Shown here: positions 18,321 to 28,274 of the stretch, one piece after another
How positions within the stretch are numbered: position 1 is the stretch's first letter
How the letters are laid out: each line of letters begins with the position of its first letter
Assembly (NCBI GenBank): GCA_052279835.1
Contig: CP181291.1
Coordinates: 4,032,001 to 4,096,000, forward strand
Length of the DNA stretch: 64,000 nucleotides
Reading direction: 5' to 3'
From: Microcoleus sp.
GTDB taxonomy: Bacteria; Cyanobacteriota; Cyanobacteriia; Cyanobacteriales; Microcoleaceae
Position numbers and translations under genes: made by a program
Notes under the pieces: generated by a model
What the model saw: only the letters and a program-made list of their open reading frames with translations
Databases searched by the model: none
Told to the model about the DNA's origin: nothing

Positions 18321-18761
18321 TTAGATGTAGTACATGATATTGAGCTGTCGTCTGCCATTGCGTTTTTCGCACAGGTCTTGTAGGGTATATTTTTGTAAAA
18401 CGGAGTTAGCAATTGAGCGAGCTTCTTGCCAAACTTCCCAAATCACGGCACTTTCTACGGTTTGAGCTGGTGAGTCTTTTTCCGATCGCTCAAAATCCGA
18501 ACCTTCGAGGCAGTTGACAATTTCTAGGAGGGTAATTTTCCAGGGTTCCCTTGCCAAAATATAACCTCCCTTAGCCCCTCGCTGGCTGCGGATTAAACCA
18601 CAGCGTCTCATCGTAGCGAGTAACTGTTCTAAATATCGATCGGGAATATTTTGCTGAGTCGCTATCTGGCGAATTTGCAGCGGTTCACCTTCCTCATAGC
18701 AATCCGCCAACTCCAGCAAAGCCAAGATCGCATATTCGCTTTTACAGGATAGTTCCACCAT
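18321..18761 (-). CDS. Rrf2 family transcriptional regulator (CymR-like context)
   Basis: IPDRYLEQLL...SQRGAKGGYILAR; upstream of cysK. Confidence 0.9.
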   Translation of the reverse strand: MVELSCKSEYAILALLELADCYEEGEPLQIRQIATQQNIPDRYLEQLLATMRRCGLIRSQRGAKGGYILAREPWKITLLEIVNCLEGSDFERSEKDSPAQTVESAVIWEVWQEARSIANSVLQKYTLQDLCEKRNGRRQLNIMYYI

Positions 18762-18996
18762 AATTTCACTTTAAAATACCATAATTTGCAAATCCGAAGT
18801 CAGAATCGATCGCAACTATTGATTTTGATCTCAAAATTCTAACTTCCCACTATTGATTATACTCCGGTTCTCCACTAGAGTTTATTGACTTCCTGATTCC
18901 TCCCAACAAGAAGCCCTGCCACAGGCAGGGCTAACTTAAAATTTGAGACCTCTGGGGCGAAAGAGCATCACCCATCCAGCCTTCTAGAAGCTGTTC

Positions 18997-21162
18997 CTAG
19001 AAAGTAAAAGTAGTTCTGAGAGTACCAATGATGATGTCATCATTACCCTTATCTTGATTAGGGTTAGTAATCCAAACTACCCCAGGAGTCACAGAAATAT
19101 TATCTGTAAGCTGGTACTTGTAGAAGCCTTCAATGTGCCACGAAGTATCATTTCTGAAGTTCCGCAAACTAGATGCAGCCTCAAGTTTATCCAAATAAGG
19201 CTCGCGACCAAGCACAAAGCCCAGCAAGTTGCCTTCTTTCCCTAAATCGGGGAAAGCCAAAGTGACAGCGTAGTTCCAAATTTTCGCATCACCGATACCG
19301 AGAATGCGAGCATTAGTTAAACCACCCCAGCCCCCAACGATAAACCTGGGGCTGAGTCGGAACGAAGCCTGAGCGCCGTAGGAGTTGCTGACAACTTTGC
19401 GACTGCGGAAGCCTGTAAAACCGTCACTCAAGCCGTTCAGGGAGTTAGCCACACCGGTGCCGGTGAAACCGCCGAGATTACCAGAACCATTGCTCAAACC
19501 ATTGTCAAACCCAAAGTTACCTCTGCTAAAGTAACCGTGGTTATAGTTGAGAGCAACTTGCAAATTGCGTCCGGGGGTAAAAGTCAACTGCCCCATGGCT
19601 GCGTAGTCGCCGTTGAACAAACCCGCACCTTTGCTAGGATTGGCTGCATTGGATGCCAAGTAGCCGAAAGAAAGAGAAGTCGGGCCGAACACGCCACCGA
19701 GCAATCCCCGGCCACCGAAGGCATAATCAAAGCCGATACCGGCACCGCCACCGAGGCGATAAATCGGGTTCCTTTGTCCGAAAGCACTCAAGGACCCGTT
19801 ACCACCGTCAAAGTCTTCAAAGTATGGGTTGACAGTGGGCATGATGTCGTCCCAAACGCCTGCGTTGGCTGAGAGCGTAACGTTCAGACGATTGCCGACG
19901 GGAAACTTATACAGCAAGCTGTCGAGGGCAAAAACGTTGTCGGTTCTGCCAACGATGTTCCAAGTTTGAGTCCCTTCGCTGGTAGCCCCAAAGTTAAAGT
20001 TTCGACCGTTGCCAACTTGCAGCCTGGTCAGCAACAAGTCTCTGCCAGTGAAGCTAGTGTTTAAATTGAGACGTACCCGTTGTTGGAAGACAGCTTCGTT
20101 GTTGTTGCTGCCGATTCTTTTGCGGTCTCTGCCAAAAAAGCCTGCACTACCACCAAAGTCGTCGCTGAGGGCGAATATTGCTTCCCCAGTCAGTTTGGTA
20201 GTGGTGGAGAATTGGTTGGCTTCGAGTTCGGATGTCCGAGCTTCCAAGGCATCTACTCGGCCGCGCAGGGTTGCTAGTTCTGCTGCAAATTCTTCTTGGA
20301 GCCGTTGGAGGGCTGCCAAGTCTTGTTTGGTTGCTAAGTTGGTTGTACCTGCTCGGATTAGTTCGTTAACTTTATCTAAGCAAGCGTTTAAACCGGCGGC
20401 AAATTCGTAGCGGGTCATTGCCCGGTTACCACGGAAAGTGCCATCAGGGTAGCCGGCGATACAGCCGTAGCGCTCGACTAGGGATTGGAGTGCTTGGAAT
20501 GCCCAGTCTGTGGGGCGCACGTCGGAAAGCTGAGACACTGAGGTCACTTGACCTTGAGTTTCAGATTCTGCTGCACCTTCGGTGCTGTATTGGCTGAGCT
20601 GTTCTAGTGTAGCGTTGGGGTTTGAAGTTGCTGGTGCTGCGGTTTGAGCTACAGCTTCAGCGGGTTTTGGCAAACTGGGTTGTGCCGACTCTACCACTGA
20701 GGGAATGGTTGTTTTTGGTTGAGTGGCGCTGATTTGTTCTGGTTGAGCTGCTTCTACAGCCGAAGTTGCTAGTTGCTCAACAACTGTGGGTTCAACTGCT
20801 GCTAAAGATGCACTTACCGCTTCTGATGCTGCTTTGGGGTTTGCGGTTTCTGTGGCTGTGTTGGTTGCGATCGCATTGTCAGTAGCAGCCTGAGCATCAG
20901 TGGCTACCTTTGGGGACTCAATTTCGTCGCCGGGAACTTGGGAAATTGCTTCAATTGTCTCAATAGCTGTTCCTTGAGGAACGGCGGCTAAAGCATTGAG
21001 CTTGGCTTCGGAGATTTCAGCGATGGCAGTTTTTGCAGTTTGAGCCTGAGTTGCGTCAGCAGCGGGTTGAGCGTCTGCTGCGATCGCGCTCGAAGAAACT
21101 ACTAGGGTAGCTCCTAAGACTGCTGGACTGATCAGTAGATAACTCCACAAAAATTTCGACAT
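18997..21162 (-). CDS. SLH-domain outer-membrane porin (Som/OprB-like)
   Basis: Signal peptide, QVTSVSQLSDVRPTDWAFQALQSLVERYGC, C-terminal GTLRTTFTF; ATG at 21162. Confidence 0.93.
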   Translation of the reverse strand: MSKFLWSYLLISPAVLGATLVVSSSAIAADAQPAADATQAQTAKTAIAEISEAKLNALAAVPQGTAIETIEAISQVPGDEIESPKVATDAQAATDNAIATNTATETANPKAASEAVSASLAAVEPTVVEQLATSAVEAAQPEQISATQPKTTIPSVVESAQPSLPKPAEAVAQTAAPATSNPNATLEQLSQYSTEGAAESETQGQVTSVSQLSDVRPTDWAFQALQSLVERYGCIAGYPDGTFRGNRAMTRYEFAAGLNACLDKVNELIRAGTTNLATKQDLAALQRLQEEFAAELATLRGRVDALEARTSELEANQFSTTTKLTGEAIFALSDDFGGSAGFFGRDRKRIGSNNNEAVFQQRVRLNLNTSFTGRDLLLTRLQVGNGRNFNFGATSEGTQTWNIVGRTDNVFALDSLLYKFPVGNRLNVTLSANAGVWDDIMPTVNPYFEDFDGGNGSLSAFGQRNPIYRLGGGAGIGFDYAFGGRGLLGGVFGPTSLSFGYLASNAANPSKGAGLFNGDYAAMGQLTFTPGRNLQVALNYNHGYFSRGNFGFDNGLSNGSGNLGGFTGTGVANSLNGLSDGFTGFRSRKVVSNSYGAQASFRLSPRFIVGGWGGLTNARILGIGDAKIWNYAVTLAFPDLGKEGNLLGFVLGREPYLDKLEAASSLRNFRNDTSWHIEGFYKYQLTDNISVTPGVVWITNPNQDKGNDDIIIGTLRTTFTF

Positions 21163-21172
21163 ATTTACTCTC

Positions 21173-21183
21173 CTCCTCACACC
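21173..21183 (-). promoter_or_regulatory. Putative Yfr1 sRNA target site in the porin 5' UTR
   Basis: mRNA GGUGUGAGGAG next to the RBS, complementary to the conserved Yfr1 loop ACUCCUCACAC. Confidence 0.6.
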
Positions 21184-21457
21184 GATTACAAAGAATCTTT
21201 GAATCTTGTCTAGTGTTCTATGTGGTCAGTAGTTGCCCCCATAGCATACTTTAAAACGAGACCAAAATTTTGATTTTTTCTGTTAAATTTTTTCGGAATG
21301 ACCGAAAACGATTTGGTATGTTTGCGCCTGATTCATGCCTTCGCAGACTCAGGACTGGTGCAATCTCCAATCTCAAATCTCACATTTCAAATCCGATTAA
21401 CTGTTGAGCAATCAACAGCTAGTATATTTACTTTTTAGCACTCCTTGGCACTATCGT

Positions 21458-23167
21458 CTAGAGTGATTCGACGCGATCGACATCCAAATTGTGTCCGAGG
21501 ACGCTGAATACTTGTCGGTGCTCGAACAGTTGTAACAAATCGCTATTGATTTTATTGTGAGTTGCTTCTTGTCGCAAAATTTTGAGGGCTGCTTCTGTAC
21601 GTAGCGCCCGCTTGTAGGGGCGATCCCCGGCTGTCAGGGCATCGTAAATATCGGCGATCGTCATCAGTTGAGCTTGAATTGGAATTTCCGACTGTTTGAG
21701 ACCTTGAGGATACCCTGTACCGTCGAGTTTTTCATGATGTCCGTAGGCAATTTCGGGAACATTTTTTAAATCTTTTGTCCAAGGAATTTGTTTCAGAAAC
21801 TCATAGGTGTGAGTTACGTGAGATTCTATGGCTGCTCGTTCTACCACCGTCAGGTTGCCCCTGGACACCATCAATTGTAAGATTTCATCTTGGTCCAGCA
21901 GGGGTTTAATTTCACCGTCTATATCTCTGTAAGTTTGTCGAGCAAGTTCTCGCAGTTGAGCTAGAGGTTCGGCGGCCAGAATGTGAGGCTCGTTAGCTTC
22001 TAGCAGCACTTCCCAGTATTCTGCCAATCGAGCTTTTGCCTCTGCTAGCTTCGTGTCTAGCTGTTCTATTTCTTGGCATTGAAGACATCCTGATTCTTCA
22101 TTAGGATGTTTGCCGTAGGCTGAATGGGATAGTAAGTATTTATACTTGGATTGCACGCATTCCATTTCCATGGTCCGCTGAGCTAAGGCAAAACGGTGGC
22201 GAATGATTTCTAGCTGTGAGGGGTAAAGCTTTTTCTGCTTGGTTAAAACTGCTTCGGGAACTCCGATTTTGCCAAAGTCGTGCAGCAGGGCTGCGTAGCG
22301 AATTTCTTGAATTTGGCGATGGTTAAAGTAAATAGGACGCAACCATCCTCCGCTAGTGCTGTTTACTTCTTCTGAAAGACGTACCGTCAGGGCTGCTACT
22401 CGCTCAGAGTGGCCGTAGGTACAGGGGTCTCTGGCTTCTATTACTTGCACCGAGGCCTTGACGAAACCCTCAAACAGGTGTTCTATACTTTCTTGTAGTT
22501 GGTTGCGCTCGATCGAGATGGCGGCTTGAGAAGCGAGCGATCGAACTATCCTTTCTTCCCACTCCGAATAACGCTGGGTCGATTCCCAGGCATTTTCGGC
22601 TGTCAGTACCGTGTCTGCTTTAGTTTTACGGTTGATCAGTTGCAGTACACCGATAGTCTCCCCCTGTCGGTTTTGCATCGGCAGCACCATCACAGAGCAA
22701 GTACGATAATTAATATCCCTGTCAAAACTGGTATCTAGCTGATAGGGTACACCCGCCGGCAAGTCATAGGCATCAGACAGGTTCAAACTTTCACCTGTAA
22801 TTGCCACGTAGCCCGCCAAGCTTTTGTCTGTTAGTGGGAGCACAAACTCCTTAAACGACAGTCTCGGTTTAGAAGCGTTTTGAGCTACCTTGAACAGCAA
22901 TTTAGATGTTTCATCACTGTGATCTACTAAGTAAACGCTGCCCGCATCACTGTAGGTAATTTCCCTACTTTTGGATAAAATTAAGTTTAATAAACCCCCT
23001 AAATCTTGGGCACTCGAAAGAGCTGCACCAATATCCAAAAGTTGTTCTATCAGCTCAGTTCTTTCAGCAGATTCGTTCAAGAACTCTGGCTTTTCAAATA
23101 CGATCATGGTCGGAGGATGGCGAATAGCCTTGAATACATGGGACTTTTTGCATCTCGACTTTCTCAC
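21458..23167 (-). CDS. GAF + HD-GYP cyclic-dinucleotide phosphodiesterase (start uncertain)
   Basis: GAF GVLQLINRK; LLHDFGKIG; HHEKLDGTGYPQGL. Confidence 0.9.
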   Translation of the reverse strand: MRKSRCKKSHVFKAIRHPPTMIVFEKPEFLNESAERTELIEQLLDIGAALSSAQDLGGLLNLILSKSREITYSDAGSVYLVDHSDETSKLLFKVAQNASKPRLSFKEFVLPLTDKSLAGYVAITGESLNLSDAYDLPAGVPYQLDTSFDRDINYRTCSVMVLPMQNRQGETIGVLQLINRKTKADTVLTAENAWESTQRYSEWEERIVRSLASQAAISIERNQLQESIEHLFEGFVKASVQVIEARDPCTYGHSERVAALTVRLSEEVNSTSGGWLRPIYFNHRQIQEIRYAALLHDFGKIGVPEAVLTKQKKLYPSQLEIIRHRFALAQRTMEMECVQSKYKYLLSHSAYGKHPNEESGCLQCQEIEQLDTKLAEAKARLAEYWEVLLEANEPHILAAEPLAQLRELARQTYRDIDGEIKPLLDQDEILQLMVSRGNLTVVERAAIESHVTHTYEFLKQIPWTKDLKNVPEIAYGHHEKLDGTGYPQGLKQSEIPIQAQLMTIADIYDALTAGDRPYKRALRTEAALKILRQEATHNKINSDLLQLFEHRQVFSVLGHNLDVDRVESL

Positions 23168-23266
23168 CTCTGATTCTAGCCCAGAGTCGATGTTTTATTG
23201 GTGAAATTTCGGCTTTTGAGACCATCACTAGATGCTGTGGCTCCTTTGTGGTGAGCGGTAAAGCTT

Positions 23267-23548
23267 TTATTTTAGTGAAGAAATCTCTTTAGCTAGTGCA
23301 AAGTCTTTCTCAGTTAAGCCTCCTGCATCGTGAGTTGTCAAGTTAACTGTGACTTTGTTGTAGGAGATTTCTATATCTGGATGATGTGCTGCGGCTTCTG
23401 AGGGTGCGACCAACTTATTCACAAAATCGATCGCTGCTATAAAATCTTGAAATTTCCGGGTACAACGGAGTCTATCGCCTTCAACTGTCCAACCTGACAA
23501 TTGACTGGCGCGGGCTTGAATTTCAGTATCTTTCAGTAGTGAAGTCAT
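23267..23548 (-). CDS. phhB: Pterin-4a-carbinolamine dehydratase
   Basis: HHPDIEISYNKV...LTTHDAGGLTEKDF. Confidence 0.92.
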   Translation of the reverse strand: MTSLLKDTEIQARASQLSGWTVEGDRLRCTRKFQDFIAAIDFVNKLVAPSEAAAHHPDIEISYNKVTVNLTTHDAGGLTEKDFALAKEISSLK

Positions 23549-23689
23549 TTTTTTACCTTGGGATGCTGCTCGCCTGTCGAAAATTTTACCAAAAGCTATC
23601 CGCTCTCACCAGTAGTATTTAAGCCCAAGTTTTGACACTTAAACTTTAACACTATTTGGGGTGAGAGCGGTCTAGCGGGTCTTCAGATT

Positions 23690-23860
23690 AGAACCTGACT
23701 GCCGGGAGATTCCCTAACTAAGCCTGGTTCCCGATGGAAGTCGCTTCCTGGGGAGAACGACGGCTGACTGCTAGTGAGCGGCCCCGGCGCACAGCCGGTA
23801 GTTTCCAATCTGATGACCCATGCGTTTACTACTTTCTATCATGGGCATCACCTCCAAGTT
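23690..23860 (-). other. Candidate structured small RNA containing a 23-codon micro-ORF (23771-23842)
   Basis: Perfect SD GGAGGTGAT, ATG inside a hairpin, GC-rich self-complementary tail in an AT-rich intergenic region. Confidence 0.35.
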
Positions 23861-24085
23861 TAGCTAAATTGCTTAATATGTGAACGCACCTCATCTTAAT
23901 CTGAGATTAAGTATGAGGATTTGTGTGCTACCAATTGGTAGCAATACCAGAAGAACCTGCGTTCTGAGTATCATTCCGGTATGCACAATTAATAAGATAA
24001 CACAACGAATCAGAAGTGAACCGATTCAGTGAAAAATTTTGCAGCTAAGGGCAATATTTTCGATCGTACTTTAATTCCTTCACAC

Positions 24086-24116
24086 AAAAAGCTCCTGCCA
24101 GCAGACAGGAGCTTTT
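24086..24116 (-). terminator. psbD terminator
   Basis: AAAAAGCTCCTG...CAGGAGCTTTT. Confidence 0.75.
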
Positions 24117-24160
24117 GCAGCTTGTTAAAATAGCTGATTTGTTTCTAGCTGTTGCGATGC

Positions 24161-25219
24161 TTACAGAGCATTACCACGAGGCAGAACTTCTTCTGGGAAG
24201 ATGAAGTTTTCGTGTGGTTGGTCAGTTGGAGCCATCCAAGCACGAATACCTTCGTTCAACAGAATATTCTTAGTGTAGAACGTTTCAAACTCAGGATCTT
24301 CTGCTGCACGAAGTTCTTGGGATACAAAGTCATAGGCCCGCAGGTTTAATGCTAAACCGACGATACCCAAAGAGCTCATCCACAAGCCTGTGACAGGTAC
24401 GAACAACATGAAGAAGTGTAACCAACGTTTGTTGGAGAAAGCAATTCCGAAGATTTGCGACCAAAAACGGTTAGCTGTCACCATGGAGTAGGTTTCTTCA
24501 GACTGAGTTGGGTTGAAAGCGCGGAAAGTGTTAGCACCTTCACCGTCTTCAAACAAGGTGTTTTCCACGGTAGCACCGTGAATGGCGCACAAGAGCGCAC
24601 CACCCAAGATACCTGCAACACCCATCATGTGGAAGGGGTTGAGGGTCCAGTTGTGGAAGCCTTGCAGGAATAGGAGGAAGCGGAAAATTGCTGCCACGCC
24701 GAAGCTGGGGGCGAAGAACCAGCCTGATTGACCCAAGGGGTAAAGCAGGAACACCGAGACGAACACGGCGATGGGGCCGGTGAATGCCAAGGCGTTGTAA
24801 GGACGGATGCCGACTAAACGGGAGATTTCGATCTGACGCAAGCAGAAGCCGATCAGTGCGAAAGCGCCGTGGAGTGCGACAAAGGCCCATAGGCCACCGA
24901 GTTGGAACCAGCGGGTGAAGTCCCACTGTGCTTCGGGGCCCCACAGGAACAGCAGGGAGTGACCGAGGCTGTTGGCTGGGGTGGATACGGCTACGGTGAG
25001 GAAGTTGGCTCCTTCGAGGTAGGAGCTTGCCAAACCGTGGGTGTACCAGGATGTGACGAAGGTGGTGCCGGTCAGCCAGCCACCAATGGCCATGTAGGCG
25101 CAGGGGAATAGCAGGATGCCAGACCAGCCTACGAAGACGAAGCGATCGCGTTTGAGCCAGTCGTCGAGTACATCAAAGATGCCTCGCTCGTTCTGGGCGC
25201 GTCCGACTGCAATTGTCAT
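24161..25219 (-). CDS. psbD: Photosystem II D2 protein, monocistronic copy
   Basis: MTIAVGRAQ...[11 protein letters not shown], 352 aa; no overlapping psbC; has its own terminator. Confidence 0.98.
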   Translation of the reverse strand: MTIAVGRAQNERGIFDVLDDWLKRDRFVFVGWSGILLFPCAYMAIGGWLTGTTFVTSWYTHGLASSYLEGANFLTVAVSTPANSLGHSLLFLWGPEAQWDFTRWFQLGGLWAFVALHGAFALIGFCLRQIEISRLVGIRPYNALAFTGPIAVFVSVFLLYPLGQSGWFFAPSFGVAAIFRFLLFLQGFHNWTLNPFHMMGVAGILGGALLCAIHGATVENTLFEDGEGANTFRAFNPTQSEETYSMVTANRFWSQIFGIAFSNKRWLHFFMLFVPVTGLWMSSLGIVGLALNLRAYDFVSQELRAAEDPEFETFYTKNILLNEGIRAWMAPTDQPHENFIFPEEVLPRGNAL

Positions 25220-25508
25220 TACGCAAATCTCCAAATTGATATAATTACAACGGACAAGTTTCTATTCTATATTTTCCAAGTCTTGCTGCTTAGCAGAAAA
25301 TGACATGGATTATGAACAGACTTTACTTTTCTTTACCGTAATCCAGATTATAAGGGTAATTCTTTACAAGAGCAAGTATTTCTCCTAGATTTTCCCGATC
25401 TTCCCTCTGGTTGTAATCCCGGAAGCTGTGCTTGCTGTTGGCATGGCTCAGGGGACTTCTACTATATATACTGAAGAGAGAGCTCCAAACTTAAATTGTT
25501 AAGACTAT

Positions 25509-25781
25509 ATGTTCAGCATTGACATGATTGTGAAGAACACCCCCGTCTCGCTGTCGGTGCAGCGGAAGTCCGCGGAGGACGCTGAGGCTGTTTACCAGCA
25601 GGTTGTAGAGGCGATTCGTAACTCCCAACCCCAAATTTTGGAACTCACCTGCGAGAAAAATCCTGAGAAAAAGGTGGCTGTGCTCAGTAGCGAGATTTCT
25701 GGGGTGATCGTCTCTCAGAAATCCGGGGCTGCTTCTACAGGGAGAGCACCGGGTTTTGTCTCGATGGCTGTAGCAGAATGA
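25509..25781 (+). CDS. Conserved cyanobacterial hypothetical protein (UPF0367-like)
   Basis: SVQRKSAEDAEA...LELTCEK; ATGA overlap with the ABC ATPase gene. Confidence 0.75.
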   Translation: MFSIDMIVKNTPVSLSVQRKSAEDAEAVYQQVVEAIRNSQPQILELTCEKNPEKKVAVLSSEISGVIVSQKSGAASTGRAPGFVSMAVAE

Positions 25782-26476
25782 GGGCTGGGGGTGCTGGTGG
25801 CGATCGCACTCAGCCTGCGGTTGCGGTGCGGGATTTGGGTTTTTGCTGGCCTTCGGGCGATCGAGTGTTGCAAAGTTGCTCTCTGGATGTACCCAAGGGC
25901 GAGTTTTGGATGCTCTTGGGTACTAACGGCAGTGGCAAATCTACCTTGCTGAGGCTGATGGCTGGGCTGCTGCACCCCCAGTTTGGGGAAATCGATCTGA
26001 GTGGAAGGGTGGGTTTTGTCTTCCAAAACCCCGATCACCAACTGGTGATGCCTACAGTCGGTGCAGATGTGGCTTTTGGCTTGGTGGAGGAACAGTTGTC
26101 TAATATTCAGGTGCGGGCTAGGGTGGCCGAGGCTTTGGAGGCTGTAAATTTGTTGGAGTTGCAGCGACGGCCGATTTATGCTTTGAGTGGTGGCCAGAAA
26201 CAGCGAATTGCTCTGGCTGGAGCGATCGCCCGTCACTGTGAAATTCTATTATTAGATGAACCGACGGCTTTGTTAGATCCTGATTCTCAGTTGGATTTGG
26301 TGGCGGCGGTGCAGCGTTTGGTGAAAAATCGCGGAATTACCGCTTTGTGGGTGACTCACCGTTTGGATGAGTTGAATTATTGTGATGGGGCTTTTTTGTT
26401 GGAAAAGGGCCAAGTGGTCGATCGAGGAGATCCAGCCCGTTTGAAGCAGCGCTTGATGCAAAGTCAAGATGTTTAG
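25778..26476 (+). CDS. ECF/CbiO-type ABC ATPase
   Basis: GTNGSGKST, FQNPDHQ, LSGGQKQR, LLLDEPT. Confidence 0.9.
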   Translation: MRAGGAGGDRTQPAVAVRDLGFCWPSGDRVLQSCSLDVPKGEFWMLLGTNGSGKSTLLRLMAGLLHPQFGEIDLSGRVGFVFQNPDHQLVMPTVGADVAFGLVEEQLSNIQVRARVAEALEAVNLLELQRRPIYALSGGQKQRIALAGAIARHCEILLLDEPTALLDPDSQLDLVAAVQRLVKNRGITALWVTHRLDELNYCDGAFLLEKGQVVDRGDPARLKQRLMQSQDV

Positions 26477-26516
26477 CTGTGGTTGACACTCCCTGCGAGT
26501 CAAGCGACAGGGATTC

Positions 26517-27767
26517 TTAAGCCCATAATTTATGTCTTAAAGGCGCTGACAATTCGCCCCTACTGATTCCGCTTAGATCGAGTCCAAGCATTACCGCTAC
26601 TTTTCTACCAATATTGCCACAACCGTTGCAATCTGCATTAATCAGCCAACCTTGAGCTGTTCGATACAAGCCACGCTTAATTCGTTTACCAGATGGAAGC
26701 CACCCTTCGGGTTTTTCGCCGAATGTAGGTAGCAAATCATTATCAACGAATGAAGCCTTTGAGGAATACGATTCTTCAGTCTCCAGAAATCTTAAGCCGT
26801 ACTGCTCACACAATCGACTAATTCTATCCTTCAGTCTGCCCGTAGGAATCTGCACAAACTTTTGATTAGTTTTGCGTACCATGTTGGCAGACTTTTTTTG
26901 ATTTTTGTTCCAGCCAAATACAACGGTTCCTATTTGATTGCTCAAACAATGATCGATCACTTTTTTGGCTGCCTTGTTGACGGCATCTCGCATTTGACGA
27001 TTTCGTTTCTCGGTTATGCTGGCAAGTCTTTTAGACCAAAACCCGTTAGATTTCCCCTTCATCAAAAATGCAACTTGCTTGTTGTAACCTTGATTGAGAG
27101 ACTTTAGGTGTTTGCCATCAACTATAAAGCTTGTACCAAAATTGCTCAAACAAGTTAGCCAATTATCTACGCCGTGGTCAATCATCAAGCATCTGGCAAT
27201 ATCTACATCTGATTGGACTTCAGCAGTTTTGTAGACAAACTCTAGGTAGAAACAGCCGTTTCGAGGAAGAATGCGATATTCCCGAATAGCCTTGAAATCA
27301 AGATTAGATACCATGGGCAAGTAAAACGCATCTAGACTAAACCACGCTTTGACCTTGCTACCTAGGGGAAATCTCAACATTCCGTCTTTGAGTTTTATCG
27401 ACCTACCTGTAAATGTCACCACAGCCATTGGGCCTTGACGATATTTCGGCAGCTTAGGGCGCTCTATAGTTATCCCATTTTTAAACGCTTTCATTAGTCC
27501 CAGAAAGGACTTGAAAGACTCTGCTACACCCGTCAGGATTTGTTGGGCCGTATCAGAGTAAAATGCTTGATAGTGTCGATTTCGATTTTCGGTTCCTAAA
27601 ACCTTGTGCAACTGAGCGCGGTTCGGAACATTGCCAGTTTTAAAATATAACTGACGGGCATAGTAAATTCCGCAATTAGAAAGTTTTGCCGACTCAGAAG
27701 ACAGATATTCGAGAATCGCCTTAATCTCTGAGTCAGCTCGAATTAAGTTTTGTTGACAGCCAAACAT
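26517..27767 (-). CDS. tnpB: TnpB RNA-guided endonuclease family protein
   Basis: RuvC residues IDHGVDN, EESYSSK, INADCNG. Confidence 0.9.
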   Translation of the reverse strand: MFGCQQNLIRADSEIKAILEYLSSESAKLSNCGIYYARQLYFKTGNVPNRAQLHKVLGTENRNRHYQAFYSDTAQQILTGVAESFKSFLGLMKAFKNGITIERPKLPKYRQGPMAVVTFTGRSIKLKDGMLRFPLGSKVKAWFSLDAFYLPMVSNLDFKAIREYRILPRNGCFYLEFVYKTAEVQSDVDIARCLMIDHGVDNWLTCLSNFGTSFIVDGKHLKSLNQGYNKQVAFLMKGKSNGFWSKRLASITEKRNRQMRDAVNKAAKKVIDHCLSNQIGTVVFGWNKNQKKSANMVRKTNQKFVQIPTGRLKDRISRLCEQYGLRFLETEESYSSKASFVDNDLLPTFGEKPEGWLPSGKRIKRGLYRTAQGWLINADCNGCGNIGRKVAVMLGLDLSGISRGELSAPLRHKLWA

Positions 27768-27809
27768 GAGTTATCCTCCTTGTTATATAATTGTACAGCA
27801 AAACAACGG

Positions 27810-27958
27810 ATGAAATCACGAAGAAAGGTTGAGATTTTCGGATTCAAGAGTCTGAATTTAAAATCCTTGAAGAACATTGCAAATCTGTAGGTCGGACTAA
27901 AACCGATGTACTTAGGGAATTAATCAGAAGCCTCAAAGTCAAAGAAAAGCCGTCCTAA
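27810..27958 (+). pseudogene. Frameshifted CopG/RHH protein divergent from tnpB
   Basis: RIQESEFKILEEHCKSVGRTKTDVLRELIRSL is out of frame with the ATG at 27810. Confidence 0.5.
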
Positions 27959-28274
27959 AAGGACGGGGCTTCAGACCCAGTTTTTTTGGTGAATAATTTC
28001 TCTAAATTGATAATAGGTTCGGTATCCTCCGATCGCAGATTTGGTTGAGGTTGTGGAAACTTCAACCAATTTGTCATGGGTAAAAGAGTCGATCGCGATC
28101 GACTCTTGTGCTGCTATTATAGAAAAATACAGTTCAATGCTGTGCCTGATTGCAAACAAAAGATCGCCCTTAGTTTGATCCGTCACCAGGCGATATTTGT
28201 ACGGAGCACTTTTTTTACCAAATCAGGATGTAGCTGCTGTTTAATTTAGTGTGGTGAGAGTGGAATTAGAGCTT

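Larger units (their letters stand above)
26483..27990 (-). mobile_element. IS200/IS605-family element, tnpB only
   Basis: Left-end hairpin AAGCCCCGTCCTTTTAGGACGGCTT; right end AGAATCCCTG...CAGGGAGTGTCAA; no tnpA. Confidence 0.8.

Noticed and set aside
23690..23860. SRP RNA, tRNA or glnA riboswitch
   Set aside because: The diagnostic motifs were not found by eye; left as an unnamed candidate.
27971..28186. 71-aa ORF beside the IS left end
   Set aside because: No recognisable motif (no HUH, so not TnpA), and it runs into the IS end.
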